Below, in pieces: positions 8,770-17,700 of a stretch of 64,000 nucleotides of DNA (position 1 is its first letter; each line of letters starts with the position of its first letter). Source of the stretch: a virus (taxonomy: Duplodnaviria > Caudoviricetes); IMG/VR virus record IMGVR_UViG_3300013121_000007, positions 1 through 64,000 of that record; one strand, given 5' to 3'. Position numbers and translations under genes: made by a program. The notes beneath the pieces were generated by a model that saw only the letters and a list, made by a program, of their open reading frames with translations, was not told the DNA's origin and ran no database searches.

Positions 8770-11700
8770 CTACCGTAAAGAGGTCATCACAGCCTGACTA
8801 ATCTCAATCGGACCCGCTGGGTTGTAATTCGTATCGTCGACGAATTCATCAACCGGAGCGTCTTGCAGATGTGGAAGCTCAGTATCTGCTCCGCAACCCT
8901 TCTTCACAAGAGCAATCAACGGGATGTTGCCTGCCCATTTCTGTCGGACAATCCCAGACTCATCGCGAGGCAGTTGCTCTTCTGAGATGAAGCTCAGCAG
9001 TTTCCGATCTGCATCATCACAAGGTTTCGGTTCCTTACAAAACTTCATGGTCACTGCTTTAGGGAGCTTAGCCATGACCTTCATGGCCATTCTGACCCAC
9101 ATGTCTTTCAACGCGCAGTGGACATTGGATGGTTCATGGATGTTACCCTTATCTCCTAGGGAGTCCTCTCTGCAACCTCCACCACAAGCAAACCGATGTC
9201 CACAATTCATGCAGTTGTGGCTGAACACGGCGGAGCTAACAGTGCCATCTGCGTTGATAAACCCGGTTGCGAAGTTATGACACTCGTGGTCGATCTCCAC
9301 GCAGTAGACGTTGCCTGTCTCGGCAAGCTGTTCGACGCTGACGACTGTGTGGTTCGCCATCGCTAAATCTGGACGGTGTTCCCGGAACGCGGAGAACGGA
9401 CAATCTTCCCGCGTCAGGTTGTTGACTGACAGCCAATGACGCCACGTATTCAAGGTGCGTGCGTGTTCAGCCCTTTCCTTGCTCGTGCGCTTGGCGATTG
9501 CTGAACGCCGCCGCTTGTACTCTTCCGTGTTGCGCGATGCCAACTGTCTTGCCCGGAATTCAGGATCGGACCATAGGTGCTTCGCGTTTTCAGACCGAAC
9601 TTGGGATTGTTCTTGTCGGAATACCGGATCGTCCCAGCGTTCAGCGGCTGCGTCGGACGCGACCTTGGCCTGCCGTACCAGCTTGACCCGGAACTCCGCG
9701 TCGCGTGCGGCCCTTACTCGCCGAGCTTCAGCCGATGCAGCCTGCATCCGTCGCATGAACTCCCGATCTTTTCGGAGCCGTCTCATCGTGCGGGAAGCTC
9801 GGACTGACGTCCGTTTCCGGAACTCGACGGCCTCCGGAGCATCCGAGTTCCACAACCACAGCATCGTTTCTGAAAGATGTTCCGAGTTGCCAGCCTTCAA
9901 CCGTTCACGGAATTCAGCGTACTCAGGTTTATTCCACAGCTTATGATTCAAGCTCACGACGTTCTCGCGAGCCTGATTGACCATCATGTCCCGATACCAC
10001 TGATACTCCGGATCGTGCCACATCATCTGGAGTTTGGCCAGATGTGACTCGGACCCGTTGTACTCCAGCAGTTTCTGCCGCCCGAATTCTGAGTGCAGGC
10101 AGATATGATCGACGTACCGCATCCAGACTATGTTGTCAGGTCTGTTATCCAGCTTGTTGAAGTTGAGGTGGTGCCGGACGGAGTGCTGCGGCGTTTTGTC
10201 ACACACGACAAGGCCGAACTCCGTGGTGTAGTCCACCGCGACTTCAGGGGTGAACGCTGCCCGGTGTGTAAACACCCACTGGTCGTTGGAGGGAGACAGG
10301 ACCATTTCGTAGCCGACGCACTTTAGGTCGTCATCAGGCGTTGACAGGCGTCGGTACAACGGCATCAACGAGTCTCCAGGCTGCAACTCGGCGACTGTGG
10401 TGTATTGACCTGACCGTAGCAGGAACTGGTGCTCCGATGAGAACCGGGCGCTTTTGAGGACGCCGTCCTTGTCTCGCAGCGTCACGCGAAACAGAGATGC
10501 GTTGACACCAGCCAACACGACGCGACCCTTGGTTGCAATGATCCGGCCATCGTGACACGAATAGAAGTTGTGCAGCTTGTCTGAACCTTGGTCGTACAGT
10601 TCGCCGATCTTTGGGGATGTGCCGTCCAACAATGGAATTGGAGTTTCGTAAGCGCATGGTCCAGTGCGCGTGTAGATTCGGTTGTCAAGCCAAGGTTGTC
10701 GTAGCTTGGGGTCCATCCCGGTAACGAGTGTTCCTAGGTAGCTGTTACTCTCCCGATGACACCCGAAAATCTCCCCCTTAGCATTCACAGAGGCATAGCC
10801 GGCACCAGCGCCGCATTCAGTCCCAGAGTGGACGCAGTGGAAGATTCTTTCGATGCACTTATGTATGTTGTGGAATCTAGGCTGCTTATTGCTCAAAGCG
10901 CGTTCAATCCACCAGTCGGCCGCATCCATGTACTCGTCATAGAATCGGTCCCACACATTACCTACATGGATTTCAAGTTCGTCCTGGTTCGGTACGAAGC
11001 ACTGAACAGATATACAGCTACTGTCTAGACCCTCTCCTGTGAACATAACAGCGAAGTTGTGGCAGTCATGCTCAACTGAGGGGCAGTATACGTCCTCCAA
11101 TTCGTCTAGGAACTCAACCGACACAACCTTGTGGTTTAGTACGGCTTCCCGTTTCAGCTTCTTCTTGCGGCGCATTGAGTCTTCAAGTTCCGTACCGCGG
11201 AACTCTGCAAGCGGAAGCTCTTCCCGCGTCATGTCATGCTTATTTAGGTACAGTGTCCAACGTTTGTAGGCTGCCTGATATTCTCGCTTGTCATCTACTG
11301 TCGCCAAGCTGCGAGCATCAGGACGATCCTGACAATCTCGAACGTGAGCAGCATGTGCAGATATTCCTTCAGACTTAGTTCCGCAGTGGGGGCAGTCGTA
11401 TTGGTTGTTTTGCATATTCGTGAAGGCAGCACTTTGACGCTGGTAGTGAATTGCCTTCCGATCCGCTGTCTCCGGATTATGGTCACACCAGCGGACGTGG
11501 ATTGCGTGTGCCTGCAGCCCCGTATGTTGTTCACCACAATGCTGGCAAGTCAACGACACGTTTCGCAAGGCATCGAAGTTCGCTTGATGAATTGGTCGCA
11601 TACGTTCTCTATTCTGGTCGTCTGACCAGAACATTTTCATCATCTCAGATACCTGCGCACACTTCCTGGCACGGAACTCAGGGTCTTTCCACGCCTCTTC

Positions 11701-13233
11701 CAGATTGATAGCAACTTTTTCTTTGTCGACTAGTAGACCATGCCACTGCAAGTGGTCGTGACTTGTCATCCACACCAAGTTCTCTGGCCGATTATCTAGT
11801 CGGTTGAAGTTCAGGTGATGAACAATAGTTTGACCCGGCTGTCGAAAGCCAAAGATCAATCTATGATTATCTACGTCGACTGTAGCTCCAATCTCCACCG
11901 AATGTCCCACACTGCGATGCGTATACCGTCGCTTGCCTGTCATTGGGTCCAAGAACATTGAGTATCCTGCCAATGGTCCGGAGCCTGCCAGTTCGGAGTA
12001 GAATGGCAACAATGAGTCACCCGGTTGCAGGGTATCCGCCCGCCGGGTTGTTTGATCCTTCAAAATGAACTGATGGTCCGGCGTGCAGCGCAAGCTCTTA
12101 CGAAACCCGTGTCGATCTTCGACAGTTAGCTTCACCAGTTTTTGGTTACGCTTGATAAGGTGAACCTTCCCCTTAGTAGCAATGACTTTGTCATCAGCGA
12201 AGGAGTAGAAGTCAAACCACTCATCAGAATCAGCCATCTCTTTCATTGTGCGCGTCGTGCCATCAACTAATCCAACACGAGTATCCCCAGCAAAGCAAGT
12301 ATTCTCCGACATTGCTGCGGGTTCGACTGAAACCCAAGACCCCTTCCCGTCATCGCAGAGTTGATTCAGGAACTCCAGTCGTTCGCGAATCGTCTCTCCA
12401 CGGATAGCTGAGAACGTAGACCGCAGCGTGTTTCTTGCCGCCAGTTGTGGTGCGATCTTCTTCATCCGTTCCAGACCAGCCAGAATCTGAGCATGGGACC
12501 CCTTGCCAGACCTCTTCATTGGGCGCAATGCGTCATGCGCCTCACTAGTCCCGTCGATTGAAGTGATGACGGAGTATCCATGATCCTGAAGGAATCGCAG
12601 GTTGTCCTCACTGTAGAGCGTGCCGTTCGTAGTGACATGCAGCGTAGGGGCTTGCTTCCCCAATCCACGGCAAGCTCGACACGTCTCCCCACGAGACTTA
12701 CCACCACCTCCACAGACTTGACAGACTGGTCCGTGTCTACGGGCAAGCGACTCGACGTACTCAGTCACTTCACGAATCAGCTTCATGTTGAGCATCGGCT
12801 CGCCGCCGAAGAATCCAGTAGACAGTCGAACCTTTCGATCTAGCAGCCTGTCAATGGCGCTCTTCGCCGTAGCGAAGGTCATGTAGTTGCCAGTTCCATG
12901 ATCGGAGTAGTAGTTACGAACGAAACAGTAACTACACGCCAGATTGCAATCATGGCAGGCTTCCAGAACCAGAGTCTTCACCGTGGGGTTCGTGGACGCC
13001 TTCTGGAAATTTGGCTTGTACCTCGCCATCACGTAGGGCGACGGCGGGTTGAGTCGCAGAGACTGAAAGTCTTCGATCCCATCAATCTGCAGAAGACACA
13101 TTGAGTTGGGGTCAAATGCGAACTCCAGTCCGTCCTCCACTTTGACGTAGACGAGTTCCGGGTGTTCGTCACTCCGCAGAGGGACGCACTGAATCCGGGG
13201 GTTCAGATGGGAGTTCAGCAGTCGATACGCCAT
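8770..13233 (-). CDS. Radical SAM/SPASM maturase of SCIFF/ranthipeptide (CteB/ScfB-like) type, with two inteins (spliced ~573 aa)
   Basis: VKTLVLEACHDCNLACSYCF (CxxxCxxC), FFGGEPMLN, TTNGTL, SIDG..EAHDALR; SPASM CGAG..YASVN..GEIFGCH and CMNCGHRFACGGGC...HC; N-terminal FAFDPNSMCLLQID resembles the RRE beta-sheet of SCIFF maturases. Confidence 0.9.
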   Translation of the reverse strand: MAYRLLNSHLNPRIQCVPLRSDEHPELVYVKVEDGLEFAFDPNSMCLLQIDGIEDFQSLRLNPPSPYVMARYKPNFQKASTNPTVKTLVLEACHDCNLACSYCFVRNYYSDHGTGNYMTFATAKSAIDRLLDRKVRLSTGFFGGEPMLNMKLIREVTEYVESLARRHGPVCQVCGGGGKSRGETCRACRGLGKQAPTLHVTTNGTLYSEDNLRFLQDHGYSVITSIDGTSEAHDALRPMKRSGKGSHAQILAGLERMKKIAPQLAARNTLRSTFSAIRGETIRERLEFLNQLCDDGKGSWVSVEPAAMSENTCFAGDTRVGLVDGTTRTMKEMADSDEWFDFYSFADDKVIATKGKVHLIKRNQKLVKLTVEDRHGFRKSLRCTPDHQFILKDQTTRRADTLQPGDSLLPFYSELAGSGPLAGYSMFLDPMTGKRRYTHRSVGHSVEIGATVDVDNHRLIFGFRQPGQTIVHHLNFNRLDNRPENLVWMTSHDHLQWHGLLVDKEKVAINLEEAWKDPEFRARKCAQVSEMMKMFWSDDQNRERMRPIHQANFDALRNVSLTCQHCGEQHTGLQAHAIHVRWCDHNPETADRKAIHYQRQSAAFTNMQNNQYDCPHCGTKSEGISAHAAHVRDCQDRPDARSLATVDDKREYQAAYKRWTLYLNKHDMTREELPLAEFRGTELEDSMRRKKKLKREAVLNHKVVSVEFLDELEDVYCPSVEHDCHNFAVMFTGEGLDSSCISVQCFVPNQDELEIHVGNVWDRFYDEYMDAADWWIERALSNKQPRFHNIHKCIERIFHCVHSGTECGAGAGYASVNAKGEIFGCHRESNSYLGTLVTGMDPKLRQPWLDNRIYTRTGPCAYETPIPLLDGTSPKIGELYDQGSDKLHNFYSCHDGRIIATKGRVVLAGVNASLFRVTLRDKDGVLKSARFSSEHQFLLRSGQYTTVAELQPGDSLMPLYRRLSTPDDDLKCVGYEMVLSPSNDQWVFTHRAAFTPEVAVDYTTEFGLVVCDKTPQHSVRHHLNFNKLDNRPDNIVWMRYVDHICLHSEFGRQKLLEYNGSESHLAKLQMMWHDPEYQWYRDMMVNQARENVVSLNHKLWNKPEYAEFRERLKAGNSEHLSETMLWLWNSDAPEAVEFRKRTSVRASRTMRRLRKDREFMRRMQAASAEARRVRAARDAEFRVKLVRQAKVASDAAAERWDDPVFRQEQSQVRSENAKHLWSDPEFRARQLASRNTEEYKRRRSAIAKRTSKERAEHARTLNTWRHWLSVNNLTREDCPFSAFREHRPDLAMANHTVVSVEQLAETGNVYCVEIDHECHNFATGFINADGTVSSAVFSHNCMNCGHRFACGGGCREDSLGDKGNIHEPSNVHCALKDMWVRMAMKVMAKLPKAVTMKFCKEPKPCDDADRKLLSFISEEQLPRDESGIVRQKWAGNIPLIALVKKGCGADTELPHLQDAPVDEFVDDTNYNPAGPIEISQAVMTSLR
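9214..10659 (-). mobile_element. Intein 2 with HNH homing endonuclease (482 aa), probable Pro1 start
   Basis: PCAYETPIPLLDG block A; SEHQFL block B; VRHHLNFNKLDNRPDNI HNH; NHTVVSVE..VYCVEI..HNF; ends FSHN/C. Confidence 0.85.
11002..12297 (-). mobile_element. Intein 1 with HNH homing endonuclease (432 aa), Gln-terminated
   Basis: CFAGDTRVGLVDG block A; CTPDHQF block B; VHHLNFNRLDNRPENL HNH; two CxxC..H..H..C zinc fingers; NHKVVSVE..VYCPSV..HNF; ends SVQ/C. Confidence 0.85.
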
Positions 13234-13570
13234 GTCTCAGGTCCTCTGTCTTCTCCGAGTTTTGCGCAAAGGCAAACCAGACTGCCTCAAAGAATTCTGT
13301 GATTTCTGCTGCAATCCACGCAACGCCGCAGAGATAAAGTCCATCCATCAATGGATTGGACAACCAGCCAAAACCCGCAAAGTGGAATGCCAACCCTACC
13401 CAGAACCCGGTGCAGTAGAGACACCACTCGTCCCAGGACTCTTCAGATCGCCAGATTCTTTTGAGGAGCCAGTGGATTGGTGCACGGAAGATTCTACCAG
13501 CAATTGCACTTCGTGCAATGACTGCTGTGGCTCCAATCCCCGCGAAAGTTGCACAAGTGGCTTGATCCAT
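13169..13570 (-). CDS. DUF1360-like membrane protein
   Basis: IFRAP...WCLYCTGFWVG motif with 2-3 hydrophobic helices. Confidence 0.65.
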   Translation of the reverse strand: MDQATCATFAGIGATAVIARSAIAGRIFRAPIHWLLKRIWRSEESWDEWCLYCTGFWVGLAFHFAGFGWLSNPLMDGLYLCGVAWIAAEITEFFEAVWFAFAQNSEKTEDLRHGVSTAELPSEPPDSVRPSAE

Positions 13571-13881
13571 TCAGCACCTTGATTGACAGCCTCACTCTTC
13601 TTGCAGTTGATACAGTCAAACAGCTTTGCTGGCTCATGCCCGTACAGAAGACATCGGAAGACCTGCCCCCTCTCGACCCGGCAGCAGACGCTTGTGGTGA
13701 TTTTACCCGTGTTCTTTCTGTGCTTGCAATTCTTAGCGCACTGCAGCAGATGCTTGCGGATCAGAGGGAAGTTTTTCAACGCAAAGTAGTCTGTTGGCTT
13801 GGCAGCTTTCAACTGCTTAGCTTTGTAGGCTCTTCCACGAACGGTAGCCCTAGCGCGGCCCTTGTGAGATTGTCTTTTCAC
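13396..13881 (-). CDS. Small basic Cys-rich hypothetical protein
   Basis: Abuts upstream gene; CxxxC, CC, CxxC; 3' end overlaps DUF1360-like gene. Confidence 0.45.
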   Translation of the reverse strand: MKRQSHKGRARATVRGRAYKAKQLKAAKPTDYFALKNFPLIRKHLLQCAKNCKHRKNTGKITTSVCCRVERGQVFRCLLYGHEPAKLFDCINCKKSEAVNQGAEWIKPLVQLSRGLEPQQSLHEVQLLVESSVHQSTGSSKESGDLKSPGTSGVSTAPGSG

Positions 13882-13883
13882 AC

Positions 13884-14768
13884 TCAGACGCCTGCCATGA
13901 GTCTTGAGACTGAGTAGGTTCCCAAAGTTCGCATGATGGATTCAGGTAGGCAATGCGATTGGAAGAACAGCTTGGCTGCGACGCCAATCCTTCTGCAATC
14001 CTCTTTGTTACTGCGACACCATTCTATTCGCTCCACCAAGTCAGAGTAGTCATCGCGGCAAACGATGTAATGCTCATTGGGTACAGGGGGTCCCTCGTCA
14101 GAAACCCAGGTGTGAATATAGGGGCTGATTGTGCAGACCCCAAAGGCAAACAGTTGAAGCTGCGAGCTTCCAAGCATGTTGTTCCACAGACCGGGGACGT
14201 GTACGGAGACGAGACTCTTACTCGCCTTTGACCAGTATTCGACTTGTCCAGCAAACTTGTCGTCGACAAGGTCCCCATACTGACAGTGAAGAAGCTCAGA
14301 CACTAGATGTCTTCTACGTCGCAGGTCGTCAGTCCACTGTTCAGTCGCTGTGCTGATGCGCAAGTTGTGGACGCACAGAATTGTCTCACTTGCGGCGGAG
14401 TACCGAATTGTCTTTTCCAGTTCCCTGTATCGCCGCCAGTCAGAGAACGTGACAGGTGGGAATGGCTGTACATTCCCATAAGGTACGTGCGACGAAGTCG
14501 TCTGCGTCTTGTACCAGACATCATAGTTTCCAGCCGCAGGCGGCAGTTGCGGCAGGTCGTTGAAATCGAACCCGCAAAGTAGGCTGCCTATCCGAAAAGA
14601 GAAAGATAGCGGAGTTGGGAACTTCAACCCGTCATCCTCAACAACCCTCATACCAAAACGACAGGATACGTCCTTGAGTATGTTCTCAAAGTATAGCGGA
14701 CAGGTTGGTAGCTTCGACCGAAAGCTGAGCTTTGCCGGTATGCAGATTTCTCTTGGTATGCCTTCCAC
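13884..14768 (-). CDS. Glycosyltransferase (GT90/Glyco_trans_1_2-like)
   Basis: PNEHYIVCRDDYSDLVERIEWC...CRRIG..AKLFF C-terminal signature. Confidence 0.7.
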   Translation of the reverse strand: MEGIPREICIPAKLSFRSKLPTCPLYFENILKDVSCRFGMRVVEDDGLKFPTPLSFSFRIGSLLCGFDFNDLPQLPPAAGNYDVWYKTQTTSSHVPYGNVQPFPPVTFSDWRRYRELEKTIRYSAASETILCVHNLRISTATEQWTDDLRRRRHLVSELLHCQYGDLVDDKFAGQVEYWSKASKSLVSVHVPGLWNNMLGSSQLQLFAFGVCTISPYIHTWVSDEGPPVPNEHYIVCRDDYSDLVERIEWCRSNKEDCRRIGVAAKLFFQSHCLPESIMRTLGTYSVSRLMAGV

Positions 14769-14789
14769 ACGAAGTTCCTAACTACCCGC

Positions 14790-17700
14790 TCAAGATTCGA
14801 CGCCGCTGCATCCCTCAGTGTACGAATACTGGCATTCGTACACGCAAGAGTCCTGGCATGTCAACTGACAGTCAGGTTCAATACCCGCCTGACAACCCCC
14901 CGCCGTGCACGAATCCTGGCAGATTGTTTCGCATCCAGGTTCAACACCAGCTTGGCAGTTTGCCTGACAAGCGTATTGGCACTCAGTCTCACAAGCATCC
15001 GAGCAACTGCCTTCAGTGTAGTTTTCACAACAGGCTTCACAGCAGTCGGAGCAAGATTCTGAAGAGCCTTCACAAGAGGCTTCGCAGGAAGTCTCACAAC
15101 CACCCGATGCTTGGCATGATGACTCGCAAGCTGTCTGGCAACCTGTTGTACAGCCTGACGTGCAAGACTCTTCGCATCCCGACGATTGACACTGACACTC
15201 ACAGCACCCCTGACAACCGGAAGACTCGCAAGCAGCCTGACAAGACGCGCCTTCGCATGTTACCTCACAAGAGCCTTGGCAGCCCCCCTGGCAACCACCC
15301 TCACAACCGACTTCGCATCCAACCCCCTGACAGTCAGCTTGGCAATTGAACTCGCAGGTAGATTGACAAGCCCCTTGGCAGGCATCCTGACAGTTAGTTT
15401 CGCACGACGTCTCACAGCCAGAAACGCAAGAGGCTTGACAGTCAAGCTCGCAGGTCGTTTGGCATCCAACACCTTCGCAAGAGTCCTGACAACATGTTTG
15501 GCAGGCGTCTTGACAACTAGTCTGGCAGCCGATCTCCGTAGGCGACTGACAGTCGAACTCGCACGCAATCTGACAGTCGAACTCGCAAAAGTCTTGACAA
15601 CCAGAGGTGCAGGAAAGCTGACAACCAACAATCTCGCAGGACCCTTGACACGTATTCTCGCAGGAAACTTGACAAACACCCTCGCACGCCCCCTGACAGT
15701 AAGACTGACAGGCATCCGATTGGCAGGAGATGACGCAACCAGCTTGGCAGACTACCTCACAATCAGTTTGACAATTGGCCTCGCACCTGAGTTGGCAGGA
15801 GTTCTCACAAGCGCCGGCCCCCTGACAGTCTGTTTCACAACCGACTTCACAGAAAGTCTGACAAGACACCATACAACCCTGAGTACAACTCGGAACGATA
15901 ACAAGGGTATCGTATCCGGGCGTACTTGCTTTGTCCTGGAATCTGCCAACAACTCTAGTGTACAGGTCATCTACTGGCTGCGAAGCGACTTCCGGCAAGT
16001 CAGCAATTGTAACGCAGTAGACAGGCAACACATGAATAGGTCGTTGATCCCTGAAGTAAGCATTCAGGATTCTCATAGCCTCAGAGTATCGCAAAGTGTT
16101 TCCCAGACACTTATTGATCTCGAAGCAAGCCTCCAGTTCATATTGGAGGTCCGGGTCTCCGGTAGGGTCGTGTGGTGGTAGGGAGAACAAGCCTTGAGTC
16201 GTTACCTGACACTGACCCTTGCAAACTGCTAATTCTAGTTCGGTTTGACAAACGCTCTCACACGTAGAGATGCACGTTGTTTCATCAGTCAACTGACACG
16301 CTACTTCACACCCTGCTTGGCAAAGGCACTCGCAAGCCTGTAGACAAGACTCTGAACTGTTCACTACAGGTTTGATTACGTCTTGCGTAATAACCAGTGA
16401 CGCCGCGTACTTTCCGTAGTGGTACTCAAAGTCAAGGCTGTGCGCCCTAACTGATCCAAAAAATACAAGAGGGTCTCCGCTGGAGATTGCCTTTGAGTGC
16501 AGAAGTCTTTGCAGCCTAAACGTTACGTCAAACGTTCTAGGCTTCACATCGAATCTCATCGCATTGGACTCCTCTGACGTTGAGGAGTAAACGTAGTAGT
16601 TCCTTACGTTGACAAAGTAGTCGACGTCTCCCACCTCGTATGGTGGAAGCATACCTGTCATAAAAATAGGAACATACGTATCGTTGTAGCTTGGTTCCTC
16701 CACTGGCGAAAGGTAAAGAGTTGCATTACGAATACTGTCAGGGTCCCCCAAAGCTACATTCTTGAAGACCCAGAAAGGTTGGTTTATTATTGTGAGAGCT
16801 AAGTAAGAACCTCCAGATTCAGATGTACTTGTATGCGACCTTGCGATAATTGCAGTGTTGGACAAAGAGTATCTATTGGGACTTACAGTACCCACTGTAG
16901 AACTAGGGATTTCCGTTGTAAACGTTCCCGTATCCTGTGCTTCTGAGATTCGGTAGGTTGTTGTCTCCTCTGCAACCTCGTACTCTTCAACACTATACAC
17001 ACGTCTGACAACAAGCTCAGCAGCCGTGATATGTGCTTCTTGATCTGACTGAAACTGAACCCAGAACTGTGACCAGTTGATACTACTGATTAGCTCTCCC
17101 CAGAAGTCCTCTGCATTCCACCACACTTCATAAACCTGCGCACCAGTGTCTGTGATTGTTGCTGTGCGATCATTCAACTCACCTTGCGCCAAGGCATGGT
17201 TGACTCGAATTGTAGCTACGGTTTCTGAGTAGGCGCGAAATCGCACCCCAATCATGTCGTATGGCCCAACAAACGAAGAGGGGGGCGTGAGAACAGGCTG
17301 TTGTGGGTACAAGCTGCCGTCAATGGTAACGGCTGACGTGTCATCAGCAGCGTAGGTTGTATCAAGTCCTCCGATTGGAATGATCGCAAAATCTTCGCAG
17401 ACAACAACGATCCGGTCATCAGGCTCTGTTACGAGGACAGCATTCCTGTTGAACGTATAGACAGCGCCGGCGTTCTCTACACCATTCCCACCTAACTCGT
17501 CATAATCGTCGTTAGGTGTTCCGACGAACAGAGTATCACTGGTAGACGCTATCCCATTACCGAACGCGGTTGTCTTTGGGTCATACTGTCTACCACGAAA
17601 GCCGAATGGAGTTAGTGTCTGCACCTCTTCGTGGTTGTAAGGTGTAGCCCTAAAGATGGTGATTGCGCCATCTGGCTTACTTGAGAAGTTCTCAAAGTTC

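Noticed and set aside
8770-13233. Radical SAM enzyme as anaerobic sulfatase maturase, NrdG or QueE
   Set aside because: No sulfatase, NrdD or queuosine genes nearby; the full SPASM domain, RRE-like N-terminus and adjacent Cys-repeat proteins fit a peptide/protein maturase better. Not formally excluded without phylogeny.
14732-16181. Long alternative-frame ORFs (14732..15349, 15186..16181 on plus, and similar)
   Set aside because: Shadows of the low-complexity Cys array; no independent motifs or RBS.
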